Shown in pieces: positions 13,182 through 23,436 of a stretch of DNA of 24,023 nucleotides. A model generated the notes under the pieces. The model did no database searches, was not told the origin of the DNA, and was given only the letters and a program-made list of their open reading frames with translations. Positions within the stretch are counted from its first letter, which is position 1, and every line of letters starts with the position of its first letter. A program made the translations under genes and the position numbers. This stretch comes from Tubiluchus corallicola (lineage: Eukaryota; Animalia; Priapulida): positions 1 through 24,023 of the forward strand of contig JAQGDQ010001825.1 of assembly GCA_030141605.1 (NCBI GenBank), in the 5' to 3' direction.

Positions 13182-13531
13182 CAGAAACTAACCGCAGTTT
13201 TTGCCATGGCAGGCGTTTTCCCTTGCGCGTCAAGCACGTTTGCGTAAATGTCACGTCATGATGGGCTCTACGTTATATGACGTCAGAAGCTAACACTGCT
13301 GTTCATGATCATGCTTATGCTTCTATTTGCCGGCGACGCGCACGTGACAAAAAGGCGCCGCTGCCAATCTTAGTAGATTCACTGAGCTTTGAAAGTTTAA
13401 CAAAATTTGTGTCCCAGGTAATTGCTATTTGATCTAAGCTTTGATTTTCAAAAAGTTATTGTATTTTTAAATATTTTAGAGCATTCTTCATTCTGAACTA
13501 ATGTTTATACAATCATCCGGTTATCCTTTAA
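13182..13531 (+). repeat. Diverged dispersed copy of 11860-12228 (transposon end ...catccggttatcct|ttaa)
   Basis: Shared blocks cagaaactaacc, tcccttgcgc.tcaagcac.tttgc, tatgacgtcagaa, cgcgcacgtgacaaaaa, ccgctgccaatcttagtagattcact, atctaagctttgat, caatcatccggtt. Confidence 0.85.
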
Positions 13532-13704
13532 ACATGTATGTATTAATGCACTTCGTTATAATGCCCAAATTAGCTTGACGTACTTTAGAATTCTCTTAAC
13601 GCTAATTTTTTTACAGTCCCAAAGTAGGCGGTATGAAGAGGTTAGGCTGTAGTTTAAATTATGTTTCTTTTCCTTTAATATTTCTGTGTTTCTGTTCGTT
13701 TTAG

Positions 13705-13908
13705 ACGTGTCGACAGCAGTGACAACGCCCGCCGCTCAGATTTCGGGTTCCCTCGTCCACGGAGGCACCGGAATTTCGCAGCAGCCCAGGCCGCTGACGT
13801 TACAACAGGCAGCACAGCTTCCGTTCATCTTAGCGCCAAACAGTCTCCCTCAACTCCCTCCCGGGACGCAGCTGCAGACTCAGCAGATTCTTATACCGAC
13901 GTCAACCG
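13705..13908 (+). CDS. Coding exon 2 (VSTAVTTPAAQISGSLVHGGTGISQQPRPLTLQQAAQLPFILAPNSLPQLPPGTQLQTQQILIPTST) of candidate POU6-like factor
   Basis: Acceptor tttctgttcgttttag|AC, donor G|gtttga, phase 1-1, GC-rich island within AT-rich intron. Confidence 0.85.
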
Positions 13909-13968
13909 GTTTGAGCCTTTTTCATTTGTTTGTTGTTTTTTGTTTTTTGTTTATTGGTCTAAATTCTA

Positions 13969-14440
13969 CAGTCAACCTCGGGTGTAAGGGATATTCGCTT
14001 ATAGGGACCACCAACGTCGGTCCCAATTTTTCGTAACATTTTCATATGTAAAAATCTTCGTATGTAAAGTACTCAGTTATAAGAGATTTTCGGTTATAAT
14101 GGACGATATCTTCAGGTCCTGCGTGATAGAAACCCAGGTAAATTACAATTACCCTATGATCAAAGCGAAATTGATCGATTTCTAACCTCAATTTTTCACA
14201 AATTCGGCCTGCGAACAGCTCGGTTTCCGCGGTCACATACATCTCGCAACACTGAAGGAGCTTCCTACATACCGTTTGCACTGAATGTGTAGCAATAATC
14301 CATAAAAATGTGGGTAAAAGTACAGAAAAGTACAGGTCTAGATACACCCTCGGTCTGACCCAACTTCGGCTATAAGGGACATCGGATATAAGGGACGTTT
14401 TTTCCGGTCCCGAGGTGTCCCTTATATCCGACGTTGACTG
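13969..14440. mobile_element. Tc1/mariner (pogo/Tigger-type) MITE, ~472 bp
   Basis: TA|cagtcaacctcgg ... ccgacgttgactg|TA terminal inverted repeats with TA target duplication; subterminal repeated taaggga motifs. Confidence 0.85.
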
Positions 14441-14652
14441 TAGTTTCCGAATTTTCCAGGAAAAATGTGGATTGATCAGGGATCTTGTTTATTATGCAGG
14501 AAAATTTTTAACACTATCCCTCATAGTGATGGGCGATTTTGAATTTTTCTAATTCCATTATAATCTTGTTGTGTAATTCGATATCACAATTAATCTTTTG
14601 CTACGATTTTTTATTGTTTTACCTTCATTTTTGCAATGAAATATACCTAATG

Positions 14653-15124
14653 CAGGGATGAGAATTTTCCGCACATACGCGGAATTCCGAGTTTCTGGAA
14701 GACCAGTAATGGCATTTTTGTAAATCGCGTAAATTCGTTGAGAAAGTTTTTACGGACCCAGTACATTATTTCACAAGCTGACCGCTAGTTGGCAGGTCGT
14801 CACTTTGTTTACATCACGTACATCAGTGTAACCACGTGTATATCTCTATGTATACAAATATAGAATCAATTGTGCGGAGTTATTTGAGTCAATTGCAGAC
14901 AGTTTTTATATACTTTTGCATAGAAGCAGCCAGTACTTAGGCGTTTTTGAGACAATTAGGTATCATGTATCCTTGATAGTTGGGTATATTAAATTATGCA
15001 TGAAACTAGTCCACTTCTATGGTCACAAAATTGCAATTTGTTGCTGGCTCCAAGGGGGCTTTTCCCCTCAGGGGGGCCCCCGGCCTGTTTCAGAGTTTTT
15101 TGCAATTTGTTATTCTCATCCCTG
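14653..15124. mobile_element. Putative hAT-like MITE, ~472 bp
   Basis: 13-bp TIR cagggatgagaat ... attctcatccctg; CAGGG termini are typical of hAT; no clean 8-bp TSD. Confidence 0.5.
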
Positions 15125-16816
15125 CCTTATAAACTTCACAGTCTTTCGTACTCGGGAACTATTTTTATAGGCAAATACGTACGTGCTTTTTCGTTAACTG
15201 CTCCATCACTACGTCACTACACGCGTCACACGCGGTTCGCAATTGTGCGCAGTGTGGAAGATGAGAAAAATGAAGAAAAAATGCATACGCAAAGATTCGG
15301 TTTATTTGTGCTAACATACTTGCTTTTAATCAGCGTGTGTCGCGTATATTTTGCTCTCCATTAATTGAATTGCTGTTCAATCGTCGGATTGTAATCTCGA
15401 TTAATCTATTAATCACTCATCAATAAGCTCTAGATCCTGGTGTCTTTTACGTCTTCAGGAAACTTTACACGAAATTTTTATTTGTCTCTCTGAATAAGTT
15501 ACAAGGGATTTGAAATTACACTCAATAAGTTATATTGAAAGACCAGGGATAATCGAGCATCCATCCCTGTATAAGCAAGTTATTTTTAGATACCAGGGCT
15601 TTTTAATATAATAATATATACAAGTAATTTATGTAAAATGTAAACGTAAACACAGCTCCATTTTTTTCCATCATGCAAAGATCTTTAACGTGTGCCTTTT
15701 CGAATAAATGGCGTATGTTACTTCTCTGAATGGTTTATTATTTTGTCAACAGCTGGCACTGCAGTCACGGGGGCATTTATTATTTATGATAACTACTTAG
15801 CTAAAATTGTTAGAATTGTTGGAAGCTATAAACAAAATGAGCTACTATCGAAGTTCGAAAATACAAGTTTTTTACAATTGCAGTAGTATTAACAAGCCTG
15901 AAAAATTGGTATGGAGTTATAAAATTCGATTTTTAGTATTTTTTTGAACATTTTCTTGATAATCTGATGCCAGAATATAAAAGTCCAATATATTTAGCGT
16001 TTGCTTTTTGTAAAATACGAAAAACTGACATTAAACCGAATTTTTGGTTCATTCTACTTTGAAGCATCGTAACGTATTTTTAACTGTGCCGACCTGTGGA
16101 CGGTTTTGGTTTGCAAGTACACGTTTAGTAATGGATAAATACGTAATATATTCATCTATTGCAGCTCACATGTTAATATTAATCTATGACTAATCATTAC
16201 TTATTTGTTAAATCAGACAGTTATTTGTTTTCTGCTGTTATGATAAGTAAATCTGGATCATAAATTTGTTATTTTTCAAATACAAAAATTTTTGGATTAA
16301 TATATTGCAATTGTCAGGGCAATTTATCTTCCTTTTTTACCTTTTTTCTTTCTTTTTGTTATTTGAAATTTTATCTTGCAAATGTTGTTTTTCTGAACAT
16401 TAGAATATTCTCTCTTTTCTCTTTTGTGTTTTGAACCATATATAATTATATTATGTTTAATGCTAGACTATATTTAGGAACGATTGGTTTTTTGTTTTGT
16501 TGTTTTTTGCTGTTGTTGTATTTTTGTTTTTTGTATTTATGGACGTTTATGTATTTTTTAATAGTTGTGTTCTGCTGTCATTAGCGTCTTTTTTGTTTAC
16601 TGTCCTTTGAGAAGGGTGGTTGACTCGCTAACCTTTGGTTTTTCGTCACCCTTTCTCCCATGTTCGTTTGTATTTTTGTGTATTTTATTTTCAGATTATC
16701 GTAAATCTATGAAGAAAAATAAAAAATTACTTACTTACTTACTTACTTAAAAAGAATAGAATCTGTTTTGTTTAACTTTGACAATTTGAATTTTAACATT
16801 TCTGCGTTATTTCTAG

Positions 16817-16981
16817 GTGTCACCACTCAACAGATTCTAATTCCGGTCTCCTTGGCTACCGCGCAGGCCAACGCGGCTCAGAATGTGCAACTGGTCACTT
16901 CAAACGGTCAGATATTTGCGGCTTCGCTTGCCGGACTGCAAGGTCTGCCGCAGCAGTTAAATATCCCTTCTCATAATTCAG
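16817..16981 (+). CDS. Coding exon 3 (GVTTQQILIPVSLATAQANAAQNVQLVTSNGQIFAASLAGLQGLPQQLNIPSHNS) of candidate POU6-like factor
   Basis: Acceptor ttatttctag|GT, donor CAG|gtaaaa, phase 1-1, in frame with exon 2. Confidence 0.87.
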
Positions 16982-17115
16982 GTAAAAGTGTTAGTCTCTC
17001 TTATACGTGATAAAAATCAATATTGGGAGCTCGATGGGGGCAGTGCTGGAGGGGGTTGACCATTGAGAACGGGGTGGCAAAAGTACTTTTGCCTCTCTCT
17101 CTCTCTCTCTTCCCC

Positions 17116-17167
<52 letters not shown>

Positions 17168-17192
17168 GCTCTCTCTCTCTGTCTCTCTCATG

Positions 17193-17227
<35 letters not shown>

Positions 17228-17251
17228 GCTCTCTCTCTCCGTCTCTCTCAT

Positions 17252-17336
<85 letters not shown>

Positions 17337-17457
17337 ATAATTCAGGTAAAGGTGTTAATCTCTCTTATACATGAAAAAATCAATATTGGGAGCTCGGTGG
17401 GGACCGCGGGGGAGGGGTTGACTGTTGAGAACGGGGGTGCCAAAAGTTCTTTTGCCT
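16970..17457 (+). repeat. ~125-bp diverged direct duplication (16970-17094 and 17334-17457) flanking a (CT)n tract at ~17093-17333
   Basis: ctcataattcaggtaaa.gtgtta.tctctcttatac.tga..aaaatcaatattgggagctcg...ttgagaacgggg...aaaagt.cttttgcct occurs twice. Confidence 0.9.
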
Positions 17458-17556
17458 AGGGCGTCAATCTATTTAGAACTGGCCCTGTAGTTGCACAGCA
17501 GCAGGAGGAATGCTTCAAAGTGAAATTTCACCACAGGTTTTGTTAAGATGAAAATT

Positions 17557-17737
17557 ATGAATGAATGAATGAGTGAGTGAGTGAGTGAATGAATGAATGA
17601 ATGAGTGGGTGAGTGAATGAATGAATGAGTGGGTGAATGAATGAATGAATGAGTGGGTGAGTGAGTGAATGAATGAATGAATGAGTGGGTGAGTGAATGA
17701 ATGAATGAGTGGGTGATTGAGTGAATGAATGAATGAA
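17557..17737. repeat. (TGAA/TGAG/TGGG)n tetranucleotide microsatellite
   Basis: Direct reading. Confidence 0.95.
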
Positions 17738-18041
17738 TACTTTTCGAAAGACAAGAATTGCAACTTTTCGTTTGTTCAGATGAAGGTACTATCCCATGCG
17801 GCACGATTAGTGGATGTCTAGACTAGACAAGACTAGACTAGACAGCATTCCAGACAAAATACTGGGGGAACTCTTTGCCTCAGTACCTTAGAGCGGTTTC
17901 TACAGCACAGCTATTTAAAAAGCACTTCTGTTTAAAAATTTTTATGGGCAATTTCAGCTGTTGTAAATCTTTTTTTACTCTGATTTCTACATTTTACAGA
18001 ATTTTGTGAAAATTCTTAATAACTTTAATTGTTTGTAACTA

Positions 18042-18317
18042 CGGTAAATCCTCACTTAACGACGCCCCGTTTAGCGACGTTTCATTTTAATGACTGAACA
18101 TTTGGCACCATTTAAGCAAGCAGAAAGAAATGAATTAGTAGAACCCATAAAAAAATTCATAAAGCATTTAAATTATATGAATAAGCAGCATTGAATTTTT
18201 GCCTCTGGAACGTATCTCAAATCTTTTACGTTGCTTTCTATGGAAGTTTCGGTTTCATTTAACGACGTTTCATTTAACATCGCATTTTTATTAGCGTCGT
18301 TAAGCGAGGACTTACTG
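18042..18317. mobile_element. Tc1/mariner (pogo/Tigger-type) MITE, ~276 bp
   Basis: TA|cggtaaatcctcacttaacgacgc ... gcgtcgttaagcgaggacttactg|TA (24-bp TIR, 3 mismatches), TA TSD, internal ttaacgac repeats. Confidence 0.85.
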
Positions 18318-18405
18318 TATAATACTTTACTGTACAGTAATTTACTTGAAGGAGCGTTTCATAAAATAACTGTAAACTATTTTTTATCATTTTCCCGTAT
18401 TTCAG

Positions 18406-18515
18406 GTATAACGACGGGTCAAAGTCAAGTTAATGCCTCAGCAAATACTCAGGTAGCACCAATACCTCAGTTTTTAACCAATGCTGGTGGTCAGTTATTA
18501 GCATTTGGAGCACAG
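18406..18515 (+). CDS. Coding exon 4 (GITTGQSQVNASANTQVAPIPQFLTNAGGQLLAFGAQ) of candidate POU6-like factor
   Basis: Acceptor ttttcccgtatttcag|GT, donor CAG|gtgagt, phase 1-0. PQFLTNAGGQLLA resembles the PQLLTNAQGQIIA-type motif I recall from vertebrate POU6 N-termini (from memory, not searched). Confidence 0.85.
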
Positions 18516-19418
18516 GTGAGTCAAGAGAAGTACAGTATTCATTTTACCTGTACAGGTAAGTCAAGCAAAGTAAAATGTTTCTACCTGTACAGGTGAGTCA
18601 AGAGAAGTACAATGTTTCTACCTGTACAGGTAAGTCAAGCAAAGTAAAATGTTTCTACCTGTACAGGTGAGTCAAGAGAAGTACAATGTTTTTACCTGTA
18701 CAGGTAAGTCAAGCAAAGTAAAATGTTTCTACCTGTACAGGTAAGTCAAGCAAAGTAAGATGTTTTTACCTGTACAGGTAAGTCAAGTGAAATAAGATGT
18801 TTTACCTGTGCAGGTAAGTCAAGAGAAGTACAATGTTTTTACCTGTGCAGGTAAGTCAAGAGAAGTACAATGTTTTTACCTGTGCAGGTAAGTCAAGAGA
18901 AGTAAGATGTTTTTACCTGTACAGGTAAGTCAAGCGAAATAAGATGTTTTTACCTGTGCAGGTAAGTAAAGAGAAGTACAATGTTTTTACCTGTACAGGT
19001 CAAGCAAAGTAAGATGTTTTTACCTGTACAGGTGAGTCAAGCAAAGTAAGATGTTTTTACCTGTACAGGTCAAGCAAAGTAAGATGTTTTTACCTGTGCA
19101 GGTGAGTCAAGAGAAGTACAATGTTTTTACCTGTACAGGTAAGTCAAGCAAAATAAGATGTTTTTACCTGTGCAGGTAAGTCAAGAGAAGTACAATGTTT
19201 TTACCTGTGCAGGTAGGTCAAGAGAAGTACAATGTTTTTACCTGTACAGGTAAGTCAAGCGAAATAAGATGTTTTTACCTGTACAGGTAAGTAAAGAGAA
19301 GTACAATGTTTTTACCTGTACAGGTGAGTCAAGCAAAGTAAGATGTTTTTACCTGTACAGGTCAAGCAAAGTAAGATGTTTTACCTGTACAGGTAAGTCA
19401 AGCAAAGTAAGATGTTTT
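18512..19418 (+). repeat. 37-bp tandem repeat (~24 copies, a few 33-bp) amplified from the exon-4 splice donor
   Basis: Unit acaggtaagtcaagcaaagtaagatgtttttacctgt; the first unit overlaps the exon-4 donor cacag|gtgagtcaagagaagtac. Confidence 0.95.
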
Positions 19419-19540
19419 ATAAGTAAAAGTATAAGCAAATCAATTAATACATTTTCGTTTAGTTTATAATTGCAATTTACATCATTTCTAAAATCATTGG
19501 TGTTGTTGCTGATTTGGTTTTGTCTGCTGTCTTAGCACTG

Positions 19541-20352
19541 CAACATCGTCTTTACATTGTTTTAACATTGTCTTTACATTGTTTTAACATTGTGTTTACA
19601 TTGTTTTTACACTGTTTCAACATTGTCTTAACATTGTCTTTACATTGTTTTACACTGTCTTAACATTGTCTTTACATTGTTTCAACATTGTCTTTACATT
19701 GTTTTTACATTGTTTTACACTGTCTTAACATTGTCTTTACGTTGTCTTTACATTGTCTCTACATTGTTTAACATTTTCTTAACATTGTCTTTATATTGTC
19801 TTAACATTGTTTAAACATTCTCTTAACATTGTCTTTACATTGCCTTTACCTTGTCTTTACATTGTCTTTATATTGTCTTAACATTGTCTTTGCAAGGTCT
19901 TAACATTGTCTTCACATTGTCTTAACATTGTTTAAACATTGTCTTTATGTTGTTTAACAATGTCTTAACATTGTCTTTACATTGCCTTTATATTGTCTTA
20001 ACATTGTCTTTACATTGCCTTTATATTGTCTTAACATTGTTTTTACATTGTTTTAACATTGTTTAAACGTTGTCTTTATGTTGTTTAACAATGTCTTAAC
20101 ATTGTCTTTACATTGCCTTTATATTGTCTTAACATTGTCTCTTTACATTGTCTTTACATTGCCTTTACCTTGTCTTTACATTGTCTTTATATTGTCTTAA
20201 CATTGTCTTTGCAAGGTCTTAACATTGTCTTTACATTGTCTTAACATTGTTTAAACATTGTCTTTATGTTGTTTAACATTGTCTTTACATTGCCTTTATA
20301 TTGTCTTAACATTGTCTTAACATTGTTTAAACGTTGTCTTTACATTGTCTTT
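19541..20352 (+). repeat. ~11-bp degenerate tandem repeat (acattgtcttt / acattgtctta) running into the exon-5 acceptor
   Basis: Direct reading; the last unit tacattgtcttt continues directly into tgcag|. Confidence 0.93.
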
Positions 20353-20357
20353 TGCAG

Positions 20358-20526
20358 CCCGTGCTAACGCAGTCGCTAGTCTCTACGGCTCAGTCAAGTA
20401 CAACAAGTCCGCAGTTGTACACGCATTCTACGTCGGTGAATCATAACCAGTTACCGACAGGTAGCCACCACCAAACTGCAGTCAACGTAGTCAAACAGCG
20501 AACGCCATCACACACTCCCCAGCTGG
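20358..20526 (+). CDS. Coding exon 5 (PVLTQSLVSTAQSSTTSPQLYTHSTSVNHNQLPTGSHHQTAVNVVKQRTPSHTPQL) of candidate POU6-like factor
   Basis: Acceptor gtcttttgcag|CCC, donor TGG|gtgagt, phase 0-1, matching exons 4 and 6. Confidence 0.85.
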
Positions 20527-20793
20527 GTGAGTAAAGAGTTAAGAGTTATTATGTTTTCAGTGAGCCGTTTCACAGTTCCAAGAAAAGGTCAAAGGTTAAT
20601 TGTACCAGGTACCTCATTTGTGTACCAACAGTTTTAACAGCTAGCTAGAACCTTCATTTTTTCTTGTTCCCACTCTTTGCACAAGCTAATCCATAAAGTA
20701 GGTAAAGTCCACGTAAAACAACTGATGCGGCAGACAGCTTTGCTTTACCCAGGTGTCACTTGACGATTGTGGTTGAGACACGTTGCTGTGTTG

Positions 20794-20948
20794 TACTAAA
20801 ACTAGGCAAGTTTTAAGATACAAATTTCAAATTTCAAAATGAGCTGTCAGACATGTGCAGTTCGTCACAATCTAACACATCTTAACTGAGAGTTACAGCC
20901 CGTCTAACCAGCGAATGGCGAAATGCATGTAACAGCAAAGAACTAGTC
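20794..20948 (+). repeat. Dispersed repeat fragment homologous to 11476-11678 (with internal deletion)
   Basis: Shared tactaaaactaggcaagttttaagata, agttcgtcacaa, gcccgtctaac.agcgaat, gaaatgcatgtaaca, aagaactagt. Confidence 0.85.
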
Positions 20949-21102
20949 TTAACTACAACCGTCACGTGATATGTGTTTAAAGCAAAGCCGTGTGCCGCAT
21001 CGGTTCATTAACTTCAGTTGTTTTACGCGGTCTTTACTGAATTTACCGTTACACACACACACATATATGTATTAATGGATGTCACATGTTCTCATTTTTC
21101 AG

Positions 21103-21270
21103 CGAGTTCCGGTCATTCGGCCGGCATCGTACAGCAGGCTTCAGTACAACATGGGATTGTATCGCAATCGCAAGCGGCCGTGTCAAGTCAGCAGGCGACC
21201 TCCAGTCTACCAAAGTCTCCGGCGTCGTACACTAGTGGCTGCAGTTCGGCAAGCAGTAGTCATAATTCAA
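21103..21270 (+). CDS. Coding exon 6 (ASSGHSAGIVQQASVQHGIVSQSQAAVSSQQATSSLPKSPASYTSGCSSASSSHNS) of candidate POU6-like factor; gene continues beyond the window
   Basis: Acceptor tctcatttttcag|CG, donor CAA|gtaagt, phase 1-1, no stop reached. Confidence 0.85.
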
Positions 21271-21803
21271 GTAAGTAGTGCGAGCGAAAGTTCCCTTTGA
21301 TGAGCATCGAGATGGCGGGCTCGGTTGGTTGTACTGCACTATTGCTGTACAAATACATCTTTCTGCTAAACTGCAGAAGGAGTTGCCTCTTTTTGTTTAA
21401 AATCATTTTTTTAGGCTTTTTTAAACGTATGCTAATGCTAATGGCGATGACTTAGTCACTAAATTAGTCAGTGTGAAGTATCGCTGAGATGGTTAGAAGT
21501 TTAACCATTTAACTGGCTACTAACTGGTGTAACTGTTTAGAAATTCACTAACCGTTTAACCGTTACTTAGCCAAGTTTTCTATGTATCTGTATTAATAAA
21601 ACCTTGTATCTTTTCTGAGTTGGCGTATGCAGTTAGTACCTCTTGTACCTCTTGTTAGTACATAAAATTGTACTATTTACAACATTGTTTCAATTAATCT
21701 GGTTGCCTAAGAAGCATCTATACAGTAAATTGCAAAACGTTGGCCATTCTCGTTGGCGCATGCTAGATTTGAACCGCAGTCAGAGTTTGCATCGTTGATG
21801 GAT

Positions 21804-23436
21804 CCATGATGTGTGAGTAAAGATGGTATGACTTGCATAGTTGGTGATTCCATGACGTGAGTAAAGATGGTGTGATTTGCATAGTTGGTGATTCCATGAT
21901 GTGTGAGTAAAGATGGTGTGATTTGCGTAGTTGGTGATTCCATGATGTGTGAGTAAAGATGGCGTGATTTGCATAGTTGGTGATTCCATGACGTGAGTAA
22001 AGATGGTGTGATTTGCATAGTTGGTGATTCCATGATGTGTGAGTAAAGATGGCGTGATTTGCGTAGTTGGTGATTCCATGATGTGTGAGTAAAGATGGGG
22101 TGATTTGCATGGTTGGTGATTCCATGATGTGTGAGTAAAGATGGCGTGATTTGCATGGTTGGTGATTCCATGATGTGTGAGTAAAGATGGTGTGATTTGC
22201 ATAGTTGGTGATTCCATGATGTGTGAGTAAAGATGGTGTGATTTGCATAGTTGGTGATTCCATGATGTGTGAGTAAAGATGGCGTGATTTGCATAGTTGG
22301 TGATTCCATGATGTGTGAGTAAAGATGGCGTGATTTGCGTAGTTGGTGATTCCATGATGTGTGAGTAAAGATGGTGTGATTTGCGTAGTTGGTGATTCCA
22401 TGATGTGTGAGTAAAGATGGTGTGATTTGCGTAGTTGGTGATTCCATGATGTGTGAGTAAAGATGGCGTGATTTGCATAGTTGGTGATTCCATGATGTGT
22501 GAGTAAAGATGGCGTGATTTGCATAGTTGGTGATTCCATGATGTGTGAGTAAAGATGGCGTGATTTGCATAGTTGGTGATTCCATGATGTGTGAGTAAAG
22601 ATGGCGTGATTTGCGTAGTTGGTGATTCCATGATGTGTGAGTAAAGATGGCGTGATTTGCGTAGTTGGTGATTCCATGATGTGTGAGTAAAGATGGCATG
22701 ATTTGCATAGTTGATGATTCCATGATGTGTGAGTAAAGATGGTGTGATTTGCATAGTTGGTGATTCCATGATGTGTGAGTAAAGATGGCGTGATTTGCAT
22801 AGTTGGTGATTCCATGATGTGTGAGTAAAGATGACGTGATTTGCGTAGTTGGTGATTCCATGATGTGTGAGTAAAGATGGTGTGATTTGCGTAGTTGGTG
22901 ATTCCATGATGTGTGAGTAAAGATAGTGTGATTTGCGTAGTTGGTGATTCCATGATGTGTGAGTAAAGATGGCGTGATTTGCATAGTTGGTGATTCCATG
23001 ATGTGTGAGTAAAGATGGTGTGATTTGCATAGTTGGTGATTCCATGATGTGTGAGTAAAGATGGCGTGATTTGCGTAGTTGGTGATTCCATGATGTGTGA
23101 GTAAAGATGGCATGATTTGCATAGTTGGTGATTCCATGTGTGTGAGTAAAGATGACGTGATTTGCGTAGTTGGTGATTCCATGATGTGTGAGTAAAGATG
23201 GTGTGATTTGCATAGTTGGTGATTCCATGATGTGTGAGTAAAGATGGCGTGATTTGCATAGTTGGTGATTCCATGATGTGTGAGTAAAGATGGCATGATT
23301 TGCATAGTTGATGATTCCATGACGTGTGAGTAAAGATGGCATGATTTGCGTAGTTGGTGATTCCATGATGTGTGAGTAAAGATGGCATGATTTGCGTAGT
23401 TGGTGATTCCATGATGTGTGAGTAAAGACAGCGTGA
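21804..23436. repeat. 46-bp minisatellite, ~35 copies, intronic
   Basis: Unit ccatgatgtgtgagtaaagatggcgtgatttgcatagttggtgatt; the 46-aa periodicity of the three minus-strand ORFs equals three units. Confidence 0.97.

Noticed and set aside
13545-13651. Possible 3' end of another pogo-type MITE (...gtcccaaagtaggcggtatgaagaggttaggctgta)
   Set aside because: No matching left TIR found.
14042-15364. ORFs 14042-14347(-), 14916-15170 and 14996-15364 as transposase
   Set aside because: They lie in or next to short MITEs and have no DDE or HTH motifs.
17469-17804. HSFI-repeat ORFs
   Set aside because: Translation of the (TGAA)n microsatellite.
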